Made by a program: the position numbers and the translations under genes. A stretch of 64,000 nt of DNA from Anthoceros angustus. Taxonomy: Eukaryota > Plantae > Anthocerotophyta. The notes beneath the pieces are model-generated. The model did no database searches and was not told the DNA's origin. It was given only the letters and a program-made list of their open reading frames with translations. This document shows positions 44,530 through 58,809 of the stretch, in pieces. The DNA is taken from NCBI GenBank assembly GCA_010909165.1, contig VJWM01000025.1, forward strand, positions 1,674,001-1,738,000. The letters are read 5' to 3'. Every line of letters begins with the position of its first letter. The first letter of the stretch is position 1.

Positions 44530-45832
44530 TCCATGGGTGAACCACTTGGCGGGGTGGAGGGAGGCAGTGGCTGCGGGGAGGCGGCGTGCGGCTATGGCGG
44601 CATCTGCGGTGAGGATGGTGGCGGGGAGGCATCACGCCCAAGGGAGAGTAGGAGCGTAAGGAGGCAACATGCCAGGAGTGACCGCAGCCTTGCAAGTCGA
44701 CATCTCTTGACGAGCCGCCGTGGAATTGGCACTCGGGGATGCGGTTCTATCCATTGGTGTGAATGTGCGGGATGAGAACACAGCAATTGGGCTTAAGGAG
44801 GCGTGTGGGTGGGTCGGATGTTTTGGCTAGGTACTTTGGAGGCCTTCACGGAGCAAATGATGGCTACCTTCTAGGGACTACTAATTTCATCGTGGAAGAA
44901 TGGAGGAACATCGATGACTTGGTGTCACAGTTATGCAGGCGGCCTAGCTTGTCTTGTTGCCTGAGAGGGTTCCTCGAAACCTTGTTGGTGTGTTGGTGGA
45001 GAAAGCGCTCGGTAAAAGGGTGAAATGGCAAGCTTATTGGGACAAGCTTGGATGAAGAAGAAACAACGGAAGTGTAAAGATGGTAGTGGCGATCTTTGGG
45101 GACGAGGAAGGTGGAGGTGAGGAAGATGAGGGCTCGGATGCGGTGATGATGCTCCACCGGTATGAAGCTTGGTGCGGGGTGGCGTTCCATGTCGGAGGAA
45201 ACTCCCTTGAGAGCCCACGGAGGCCACGGCAGTCGTCCCAACAAAGTTTGGAGCTGCTCTCGCCAACAAAGGCAGTGTGATTGACAAGGAGCCATTGTCC
45301 TCGTCGAAAGTTGTGGCGAGCTTCGGAGAAGGACCACGTCGTCCATTGAAAGGTAAGACATATGGCCGTGAGAAAAGTGGCCTCGACCATGGGCTCCAAT
45401 GGAGGTGATTTGCTCGTGCTTGTGAAGAAGGACTTGGGCGTCTTGGCGGATGAGGAGTCAAAGCTTGCTAAGGCAGGGGAGGATGCCTTGAAGGATCTGG
45501 ACTTGACGAAGGTCCAGCTAGCAGACCTTGTGCTCAATGGCGGTGGGTTGGACTCAGAAACACAACGATGCACCATGGAACTGGTCCGCCAAAGTGTGAA
45601 GGCCAAGACAGACCACTGTAATGTTGTGAATAAGAAGTTGGCCGAAAACCTGGCTTGTAGGAGCAAGTTGCAAGAACATGTTGCTGGGTTTTTGGATTTT
45701 GAGCAGGCGATCCAGTGGATTCACCAGCTAAGAGTGAAGAAGTCTACGCCGGCCTGGACAGTGGCTCCATGCCACTCCCACGAACCACACTGCCGTGATA
45801 ACGACATCGTATACGCACGTGCGTTTTCATAG
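44530..45832 (+). pseudogene. Degenerate long ORF, possibly TE-associated
   Basis: One frame reads as protein-like through several isolated stops (...MEEHR*LGVTVMQAA*LVLLPERVPRNLVGVLVEKALGKRVKWQAYWDK...) and leads into a 156-aa coiled-coil-like ORF. Family not identified. Confidence 0.35.
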
Positions 45833-46484
45833 TCCGACATCACGGGTCATTCGCAATTCTCAATGGTCTTTGTCTCGAGGGAGTTTTGATTTTGTGTCCC
45901 TTGATCTCATGTGTGCACATGTTTGTTATTCTATTTGGAATATGCGGAGGATGTTTCTGAAGGTCAGGGGTTGCTGCAATGAGTGTGCAATGATTGCTGC
46001 CTACAAACAGGTCGGCGTGTTTGTTGTTCTCCAGTAAGTCCTATTTCTAAGGGTGGTAGTGAAGGCTGGTAGGGAACCGGAGCACTTGCTTTTACTCTCT
46101 ATGATCTGAGTTGATGCTGCATGCAGATGCTGGCTTTTTGGCGTGGAAGTCCATGTGTTTGATTGTGGTGTGTGAAGATGCATGCGCTCTGTGCGGAGAT
46201 GGTGCACTAGTTTGCATGCAAAAGCAACATGATCAACAATTTAGTTTGTAGCTCCATCGGATCTGAAGGTATGAACCTCTCCATCTTCAGCACTAATGTG
46301 GTCAAACAAATTGAGAACTAGCTAACTTGCCGAGATTTTGGGCACAAAATCCCACAAGCAAAAAAGAGTCGAGATTTGGCCTCGGCTACAATGGAATATG
46401 TGGAAAGAAAATGAAGATTGTAGTCGGGTCTCAAATGGGTGACTTGGGGTAATTTCTATCCAGTTCAGTTCGATGGCCTGTGTG

Positions 46485-46890
46485 TGGGAGCCACCGGTTG
46501 TTAGTTACTCCAGATTAAACTCCAGTTCTCTCTATAATGTGCGGGGCCACTGGTTGTTTAGTGCCTATCGGGTTACTCCATATTAAACTCTAGTCCTCTC
46601 CATTGTGTGGAGAGCCAGCGGTTGTTAGTTACTCCAGATTAAACTCCAGTCCTCTCTACAATGTGCGGGGCCACCCGTAGTGTGCGGGGCCACCAATTGT
46701 TAGTACCCTACGGGGTTACTCTAAATTAAACTCTAGTCCTCTCCGCTATGTGCGGAGCTAGCGGTTGTTTGTTGTAGATTAATCTAGAGTGTAACTCTAC
46801 ATTAAACTCCAGTCCTCTCTGCAGTGTGATGGGCCACCGATAGCTAATGCTCTACGATTACTCTAGATTCAAACTCCCAATGCGAGACCT
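46485..46890. repeat. Minisatellite array, about 57-70-bp units
   Basis: Recurring ggttgttagttactccagattaaactccagtcctctct...tgtgcggggccac. Confidence 0.85.
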
Positions 46891-47076
46891 ACGATAAATT
46901 AATGAAAAAATTATGTTGGAAGCGGTTCCATTAATGTAGATAATGATCAAAATTAGATCGATATTATGTTATTTTTTAAGTCTATATATGCATGAGGTCC
47001 ACACAATACTTTTATGCTCATACATGTCGATGTAGTTTTTGTACTAGAATTACTTTATTGGTATTGAGTTGATGCG

Positions 47077-48688
47077 ATGCAACCCGGTGATAGTAGGTGC
47101 AGGTTGGACATGTCTTCCATTCAAGGGGAGCGAGGGTCCCAGATGGATGCAGAGGACGAAGTTGTGTGCAGCGAGGTGCCTGAATATGTGGAGGCCAAGA
47201 TCCAGGTTCAGGCTGCAAAGGACGAAGTTGTATGCAGCCAGGTGCTTGATGAAGATGTGGAGGCCAAGATCCCGGTTCAGGCTGAAGGGGACGAAGTTGT
47301 ATCCAGCCAGGTGCCTGAAGATGTGGAGGCCAAGATCCAGGTTGTAGAGGACGAAGTTGTTTGCAGCGAGCTGCCTGTGCCTAAAGACGTGGAGGCCAAG
47401 ATCCAGGTTGTAGAGGAGTTGTTTTGCATGATGCTTGTACTGAGCGTGGAGGCGGGTTCCAGCTACAGAGGATGAAGTTGTTTGGGGGGAGCTGCCTGCA
47501 AACGTGCTGACCAAGATCCAAGCTCGGCTGTCGGTGGTGAGCCTGCTGCGGTCAAGTCTGTTGTGTAGAGAGTGGAATGTGGTGGCAGCATCCCTGTCGC
47601 CCTCATTGTTGCACGAGCGGTTGGAATCTCGAGCAGGAGCACGGGACTGTCTGCTCTTCGTAGTAGGATCCCGTGAGTGGCCGAGCATGGGCTCCTGCGT
47701 CTACGACCCCGAAGCCGACCGTTGGTATGAGCTGAAACTCCCACCGTGGGTGCGAGACAACGGGGAGTGGCCCCCCAACTATGGGTCGCAATCGGGCGGC
47801 GGCATGCTGCTGTCCACCATGATCGAAACGAGAAGAGGGAACATAATGTTCCCGTTCTTGGTCAACCCGGTGGCGAGCTCTTTCACTTGCCTGCCGCCGC
47901 TCCCATCCCCTGACTTGGACATCCATCATGTGTTGGGCGTGTATGCGGACACCGAGGCACGCCGCTTCAAGGTGGTGGCGGTGCGTGTTGCCAGGTTTTT
48001 CTTCGGGTTAGGCGAACCCGTGTCCACCTTTGTCTTTGATTCCGCGCTAGGCAGGTGGAGTGAGATAGCCCAGGAAGTGCCCACCATCGACGACATATAC
48101 TTTAACGACACGCAGAGTGACCACGGGGTGTTTGTTGGTACCGTGCTCTACTGCGTTGCCGGAGTATGCATCTATGGAGACTGCGATCTGCTGGCCTACG
48201 ACCTGGAACGGGCCAGTTGGAGCCGGTTGGGCTTGTCCACGCCTTCGAGTCACTTCGAAATCTTTTATTGCAACCTCATCAACGTGCGAGACCGGCTGTT
48301 ATGCGTGGCTTTAGGCCAAGAGCGCGAGCAGAGATGCAAACTATGTCTGCAGATTTGGGAGTTGGATGTCCAGCGCATGACCTGGATTTTGGTGGATGCC
48401 ATGCCCGCTCACATTTTCACTGACTGGTACAAATGCTTAAATTCCAGTTACCGCATCATGGTTCAGGCCGGGCAGGACTTCCAGGTGTACATCACACACC
48501 CGAAGCAGGACAAGATTGTGGCTCTAGATTTGCGGAAAACGCCTGGGGCTTGGAGGTGGCTTCCCTCCGGACCCTACAAGACATTTGAGATTATGAGCCT
48601 TCATTGCCTGGATCCTTGGCTGGACTTCAAAAGTTGGCCCAGATCTGTGGCTGGACTACTTCAGCACTTGGTGGAATTGGTTGAATGA
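47077..48688 (+). CDS. F-box protein with kelch-like C-terminal domain and acidic N-terminal tandem repeats; frameshift near 47455-47465
   Basis: WGELPANVLTKIQARLSVVSLLRSSLLCREW (F-box), then YDPEADRW, NPV...LPPLP, FDSALGRW, AYDLERASW and IWELD...W repeats. The N-terminal repeat ORF 47077..47475 is in a different frame. Confidence 0.85.
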
Positions 48689-49114
48689 GGTTTAAGACAT
48701 GTATGGTTTCCACTACCCGTAGCAAATCACTTGTAGACTCGGGGGTGTGTGGTGGATCCCGAGGGCCGCTTGGACTGATCATTTTTGGTGTTCTTTCCAT
48801 TTTCATAGATGCTCAGTGATTGTTGTAGCTAGGGATTCTGCAAGCCAATAATTTTCATGTTCGGCCTTCATTTAGCCATGCAGACTCTCTAGACATCAGC
48901 GCTATAGCTTGGACTTGTACATGTACTTTCATTGTCATGGATTTCACTATAACATTGCTGCAAGTTCACACCATTCTTGTGATTGCATCTTTTCATGAAG
49001 CACCATGCCTTCCGGGGTTGACAATGCGGTTGCTCTAGTAATTCCACGGTTTGGTTACGTTGAAGTTGCTTAGACTTAACGGGGCCCACACTTACTATGC
49101 GCTCCAAATTAAAA

Positions 49115-49565
49115 TTCTACTGTTTAGTGCCCTATCGGGTTACTCTATATTCAAACTCCCGCAGGTTACTCTATATTCAAACTCCCACTGCGGGATTTAC
49201 GAGGTTACTCGAATTAAAACCCCGCGGGGTTACTCCATATTCAAACTCCCACTGCGGGATCTACCACGTTACTCCAGATTAAAACCCCACATGGTTACTT
49301 CATATCCAAACTCCCACTGCGGGATCTACGAGGTTACTCCATATTAAAACTCTACGGGGTTACTTCACATTCAAACTCCTACTTTGGGATTTACGAAGTT
49401 ACTTCACATTAAAATTTCAATTTGTTTAATCTCCTACGGGGTTCCACGAGATTAAAGCTCTAGTTGTTAGTGCCTGTTGTCTAGTGCCCTACGGAGTTAC
49501 TCGAGATTAAAAACCCAGTTGTTAATGTGCTATGAAGTTACTCCAGATTCAAACTTTTAATGCGG
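49115..49565. repeat. Higher-order minisatellite (alternating ~39- and ~26-bp subunits), same family as 46485-46890
   Basis: ggttactcyatattcaaactcccactgcgggatytacga alternates with ggttactc..attaaaaccccrcgg. Confidence 0.85.
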
Positions 49566-50264
49566 GACTTTGCTGACCTGGAAATCTCTATATTTATAAA
49601 GTGTTTGAATTTTCTTTAAAAAATTAGTTTATAAAATTATGCACTTCAAAAAATTATGTATAATTATGTATATGATATATACTTACAACACATAATTTGC
49701 AATGCGTTAATTTAGAGAATTTCAGCATGGGCCCATATGATATTTATATTAGTAGGAAAAAGGAAGAAAAAATTATTTTTTTTTGAATGAAAATATATAC
49801 TACAGGAGTTTAGTTTGATAGTTAGTTAGTGGCTTTTGCCATTTTTTATCGCTTAAGGGTACTCTTATTTTTCTTATGGTATGAATCATTTATCGTGACA
49901 ACAAAGGTCTGTCTAGGGCTGAAAAGATATAAGAATTCATCTAAATAATATTTCCATTAAAAATCTTTGTTTGGCGATTGCCCACTAGATTTAATGTTCA
50001 GTACATAAAAAAGTAAATATTTAGTACAAGATAAACCTATTATCATGAGATAAAGGAATACACTTATCTAAACCTAAAACTAATAAGGATAAATTTATTA
50101 TCATGAGATAAAAGAATAAACTTGTATAGAACCTAAATCCTAATAGTCTAGCACATTATCCATGAATAGAAGTGAATCCATGGCATTCAGAAATAGAGCT
50201 AGACGCTCTTCATCCTATATTCCACCGTGTTAGATTCCATCAAAAATCTTTATGACTATATCTG

Positions 50265-50410
50265 CCTGTTGTTATCATCATTATCATTGTCATCATCATC
50301 ATTATCGTTGTCATAATTGTTATTATAGTGATCGTTTTTGTCAATACAGTTATCATCGTCGTCATAATCATAATTATCCTTGCCCATTGTCATTATGATT
50401 ATCGTTATCT
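50265..50410. repeat. Degenerate trinucleotide (ATC/ATT/GTC) microsatellite
   Basis: ttatcatcattatcattgtcatcatcatcattatcgttgtc... Confidence 0.8.
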
Positions 50411-50739
50411 AGTGCTTCTTCTAGTAAACCATCACCAAGTGAACCTACTCCCAAGTACCAAGTCCATGATTTGAAAATTCTTTCCAAGTGGACTAAAATA
50501 TATTCGTCTTCTTCTCTACTAGTATTAAATAGGAATTGAGAAATGCTAATGCAACACCCACTCCATTATGATTATCGTTATCTAGTGCTTCTTCTAGTAA
50601 ACCATCACCAAGTGAACCTACTCCCAACGCTAATGCAATACCCACTCCAGCTCTTAGCCCTCCATATATATTTGTCATATGTCGCTGTTGAATATATTGC
50701 TGGTGTTGTGAGTACGTCTCACACCTTGCAGCAAGCAGA

Positions 50740-51270
50740 AGTTGGGTATCCCTCACAAAGCCCTCTCTAGCCCTCGCAAAGCCCTCTTGGAGGCCTTTGG
50801 GAGGGCACTTAAGTTGGGTATCCCTTGCGAAGCCCTCTTGGAGGCCTCCAGGAAGGCACTTAAGTTGGATATCCCTGGCGAAGCCCTCCTGGAGGTCTCC
50901 AAGAAGCAACTAAAGTTGGATATGCCTCGCAAAGCCCCCTTGGAGACCTCCAGGAAGGCACTAAAGTTGGGTATCCCTCGCGAAGCCCTCTTGGAGGCCT
51001 TTAGGAAGGCACTCAAGTTGGATATCCCTCGCGAAGCCCTCTTGGAGGTCTTCAAGAAGGCACTAAAGTTGGATATGCCTCGCAAATCCCTCCTGGAGAC
51101 CTCCAGGAAGGCACTAAAGTTGGGTATCCCTCGCGAAGCCCTCCTGGAGGCCTTTAGGAAGGCACTAAAGTTGGGTATCCCTCGCGAAGCCCTCCTGGAG
51201 GCCTTTAGGAAGGCACTAAAGTTGGGTATCCCTCGCGAAGCTCTCCTGGAGACCTTCGGGAGGGCATACC
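50740..51270. repeat. 60-bp tandem array, about 8-9 copies
   Basis: Unit gaaggcactaaagttgggtatccctcgcgaagccctcytggaggcctttag-like; open on both strands (ORFs 50742..51275 and 50753..51280). Confidence 0.9.
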
Positions 51271-52172
51271 CGTGAAGCATGTTACAGCATTGTGGTAAGA
51301 TGCCAATAGTTGTTCATTTGTGGTTGGTGCTTTGGTCTTCACCTTTTGCAACTTTCCATGTGCTCTTAGAAGCTCCTTCCCCAACCGCGGCTTTGGCACT
51401 ATTGTTGTCATAAGGAGGACTCCATATACATTATTATCCCTTTAGCATACATTGGCAGAGAAGAGGCAATTTTATAGATTGTCCAAAGAGGCCAAGCCAT
51501 TTTTTGGTGGACAGCAAACTCATTTGCACTAGGTACACTCGGCTTATACTTAGTCAATCTACAAGCATTGGGAACAAAGGAGATGGCCAAATTGACGACT
51601 CCAAGTGATTCAAGAGTGATATCCAAGTAGTTTGGTAAAAGAGTATATCCATATAATTTGTTCAAAGAAGCACTTTGGAAAGTGCCTCTTTGAACAAATT
51701 GCATAGTTTATTATGAGCATCTTTTATATTGATTATAATAATTTAAGAACAATATTTTTTCAGTGAATGCATGCTTCATATTATTCAAAGTTTGTCCATA
51801 TTACGAAAAATTCTTTTTTCTTTTAGATTAGTATAACTTGTTATATGACCACTTTGTCAAAACATGGAATTGAGATCTATTAGGAATTTTGCATCTTTAG
51901 CCTATTAAAGGCTCTAATGCGACACAAATCTTGATTTAAAGATTTTAATAAACAGCAATGTGCGACTAAAATGATGCTAACACAAGGTTCAAATGTAAAG
52001 CGCAATGAAAGCATACACGAATGCATTTTTTACTCTAGAATCTGTGCCAATATGTTTTATCATGTCACATGTATGAATAGATAGTAGACCATATTCTCTA
52101 TGCTTTGGACATAATATGTTTTGTATAGAATGTACAAATTGTAATATGACAGTATCCAATCTCCCACCAAAA

Positions 52173-52610
52173 ATGATGTTCATATCATTGTTAACAATAT
52201 TTTTTTGTTTTCTCAAAGTAGGGGATTCATCGCAAAATTTTACTTCCATCTTCCATGAATGTGGACCTCTACTACCTCCTAGAGATCCATTGGCATACTT
52301 TATCATTGATACTATAGACAAATTTGTTGGAGACGGTGCACAGAGATTTGGAGAACCTAATGGACATCCATATTTTCAAATATATGTTGATGATGATGGG
52401 CACAAGTTGTGGGGCGCTTTAACATGCTATAAGACACTTTACAACAAAGATCAATGCTTAGAATGTCTTCAAAAAATCAGTGACGATATTGTATTTTTTA
52501 TTTGTGGGGGTGTAACACGAAAAGCATCAAACCTTGTATCTGATTGCTTTGTGCGCTACACGTCAGACACACCTGATATTTGTATAAATGTACCACAAAG
52601 CCCCTTGTAA
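52173..52610 (+). CDS. Second secreted single-DUF26 (Gnk2-like) protein
   Basis: Signal MMFISLLTIFFCFLKVGDS; LWGALTC-x9-C-x2-C, then C-x13-CFVRY. Intronless, AT-rich. Confidence 0.7.
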   Translation: MMFISLLTIFFCFLKVGDSSQNFTSIFHECGPLLPPRDPLAYFIIDTIDKFVGDGAQRFGEPNGHPYFQIYVDDDGHKLWGALTCYKTLYNKDQCLECLQKISDDIVFFICGGVTRKASNLVSDCFVRYTSDTPDICINVPQSPL

Positions 52611-53190
52611 GTAACATGAATAGTTATATTTTATATGTTCGGAATAAGTAACAAACAATATTTACCTCATATAATTATTGATGAACATAGTCGTTGGAGA
52701 ATTGATCCTATAATGTTTGCAGGTAATATATCAAAATACAATAAAAAATAGTTTGCATGTGTAAATATAAATTTATGCGTATGTACATATTCTTTCCATT
52801 CTCCAGTAAATAGAATTTTAGGAAGTTCAATTTCTCATCATGGACATAGTTTCTTGTAAGAAGTCCAGACTTGAAGACTTAAGCTTAAGTCAATATTGTT
52901 GATATGCATGCTTCTTAAGTTTAGCTTTACACTAGCAGGTACATATCTCATACAATCTCATTGTCATCATATGTATAGGTCAAAATCCAACCCCTTGAGG
53001 AGCATGATCCGTTTTTAGTGGACTTTAATATATTTTTTCTTCATCTAAGTTATAGATGTGATTAATAAATAAAGCAAGGAAAACAAACTCTATCCATCTC
53101 TAGAATGTTCATCTTTATTGTTTTTAGTGATTATGAATGTTCATCTTTGAGCCAACATGAATCTTCATCTTTATGCGTGAGGAAAAAAAT

Positions 53191-55746
<2,556 letters not shown>

Positions 55747-56589
55747 AGTGAGCCAGTAGAGCTCGCAAACTTGTTTTTCTAAATGTTGAAGAAAATTGTG
55801 ATATATTTCTATTGATGTGGGTGATTTATTGGTTAGTATACTTGAAAATGGTATTTCTCTGTAAATTTAGAATTAATAAAAATATGAATTATGTCCTCTT
55901 GTTTTTTATTTCTTCTAAATTTTAAATTCTTGAATTAGCTTGTCCAACATGCTCAAAGCCTTTTGACTTTGAACAATAACAAAAAAGATGAAATCTTTCT
56001 AGACATGAAAGATGAAGATTTTTCGAGTCAGGAAAGATAAAGATCTTCCAAGTCCTTTTTTTGTTCAATGTTTTGACACTCTATATTCATTAAATTAAGT
56101 CGAAGGTATGCTCCAAATGCAAATTCTTTTAAGTATGTTTACCACTTTACACTTATTAACCTATTGATGGAAGGTTTCATGAAATTCTTCATTGTTATGT
56201 GATACATTATATGTATTTATTCTGGCAAGAAACAATATACAAGGTCTAGAGTTTTGTTTGTGAAGTGGTCATGATGGCTACGCAGCCTTGTATTTTTCCT
56301 CTTGCAAACTAAGGAAAGCTCTACGATATGAGCTACATCCTAGCACTAACAAAATTACACAATTTTTTTCTTCTTTTAAGTTGGTGAACTTGATAACTTT
56401 CTCTTTAAGTTTTTTATATTAATCAAGAGAAGATTTTACAGATATCAAATTCATATTCATTAGGTTATTCTTAAAGATACTAAGGTACACTACATAAAGG
56501 ATTTTATTCAGGCAAAAAAATAGATGGGAAAGTCCATCTTGCAGAGAGAAACAGAGAGACTTTGAGGGTTGAGGTGAAAAGGAGCAACT

Positions 56590-57470
56590 AAGCTCTTAGG
56601 AGGAAGTCACCAACTACGCCTACAATGTCGTATGCGGGAAGAGCAAACGGCTTACAAACTACGGAGGATGAGGAGGATGCGTCACAGCTGTCGCCGCTTT
56701 GTGGATGATCACCGTGGAGAGGGCATGCTGAAGAGCAATTGAGACCTGCTGCTGAAGAACGCCATAAAGTAGGAAAGGCACAGGCCCACGCGGTGCCTAC
56801 GAGCATGATAAGCCTTGGCACATGACTTAAGAAATGTATCAAAGTCCTCAGCCAATGCCACATACGTTTCACGGGAAAGCGGAATGAATTGGTGGCCCGC
56901 TTGCATCTTGCTATATTTCTTAACTTTGAGAGCCCAACCTAGACAATTAGTGATCACCTGAGCAGAGATGGTGTGGAGTGCAAGGTCAGTGACCACCACG
57001 TCCGCCACCGAATTTGAAACTTGGTCGCCGTGAACGAGGTACATGTAAGCCCTGATTGACCGACCTGTACGAAGAGTGTACCCCCGCTCCCTCCAAGCCA
57101 TGTAGTCACTTTTGCAAGCTATGGCAAGCATGACATCATGGATGGTATCATGGGTGGCGATGGGATGACCCTTGTGGGGACAAGGGGCAAGGTGAATCCT
57201 GGAGTCGTCGAGGGCAGAGCCACACTCGCAGATAAAAAGGGAAGAAGCCAAAGGCTAGAGTAAGCTAAGACAGAATCGCATCGCAGTAGAGAAGATGGTC
57301 AGTGCGATGTGAAAATCCCGAATACATGGACGAGCTAATAGCTAGGCACGTGCGCCCTTCCCAGAGCAAGAGCGAAGCTGAGCTCTTGTGGACCTAGGCA
57401 TGGAGAGGTCCAGGAGAACGAACTGGAAAGCTTAGTTAAGCTGCTTCTCGAGCAGGGACGCTTGCAACCC
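56590..57470 (-). mobile_element. CRE/SLACS-like non-LTR retrotransposon 3' remnant (zinc knuckle + restriction-like endonuclease)
   Basis: RAQLRSCSGKGARA*L, FSTAMRFCL, CECGSALD...HLAPC...IATHDTIHD, RE..., ADVVV, KVKKY...FIPLSRETY; contains stops and frameshifts. Confidence 0.75.
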
Positions 57471-58809
57471 TTGCAACACTATATCAAGTTGTTTGTGTGT
57501 TTAATATGCTGTTCAAAGAAGTCTGCAGCCTTTTTCACATTCTATATATACGGTTATGTTATGAATTATCTCAAGATGAACTACTATGTTTTTGGAAAGA
57601 AACGGACTTTAAGTTTTTTTTTTCTATTTTGAGGAGATTAATCACTAAATTCATGAAAAAATACCTGCGTGCAGCTCTTCCTTTCCTCTATTGTTGGAGA
57701 TTAGCATTGTCCGAAATAGATGTGTGAAGTATAAGATATGAACCCATTGCCTTGCGCATGATGATTCCTCAAGTGGATACATGGCACCAAATCTCTCTAT
57801 TGTTGAATAGAGAAGGCATCAGGGTGCTACACGTCCTCAACGAAAATTGCAAAAAACCATAATCTCATGGCTTTCAATTGTAATTAGAAATGTCCAGAAT
57901 CGTCGGATAGGAGACCTGGCACTGTTTGGAATGAGATTTTCCCAATTTTTTGATTGATTTATTTTTAAAACAATGAGCCGTATGTAGATCATAACGTGAG
58001 AAACAAAATGTTTTGGGGCTCACTTGAAAGAATGCTATAATTTAAAATATCTGGGTAAATCCTAATCCCGCGAACAGTGAAAAGCGTTCTCAGCCACTTG
58101 GGATACTAACAACAACTTTGGTAGGGCCTTTTGACTTTATACGGGGGAATGTAGACATAGCTTTGAAGGAGGACTTGGCCTTCCTACTTCGCATGTCACC
58201 CGGGGTACCTTATTTGAACTATCCCTCACTCTTCGGCTTTTCTATCTAGCTTGACGGACTTCAATAACCAGGTCATGCAGGGTGATGTCGCTTCGTAAGG
58301 TAGCATAGCTGTCAATGGCCACATTAGGTCACGGCTCATGTCTCACTCCGTGAAGCATATGCTTCAGGGTCTGAATAAGCCTCCAAAATAGGCTTATCAC
58401 TTAAACAAGTATTTAATAAGCCTGCAAAATAGGCTTATTGGCTAACTACCAAAGTGGCAAAGCCTTTGGTTGCTCCTTATCTCGCTACCATATTTCCTTT
58501 ATATTGATATCAGCTTGCTAGATAATATTTATATTCTTCTAGATATCTATTCTAAATATCCCTTGTCCCTTTTATATTAATTTTAAGACTAATATCTATG
58601 GACAAATCCTTATGTCCACGCCTATCCACATGCCACATGCCAGATATCCATCCACATGCCACATAACATATATATCGCTCACATGCACATACACATACCA
58701 TGCACCCATGGCATGATCCATCATGCCATCCTAGCTACACAGCCTACAGCTTTATTGTATATAGAGCCTCTTGTCAGTCCATGCCATGATAGTGACATCG
58801 TCGAAACAG

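Noticed and set aside
46485-49565. CRISPR-like appearance of the repeat arrays
   Set aside because: The intervening sequences are themselves repetitive rather than unique spacers, there are no cas genes, and the context is eukaryotic.
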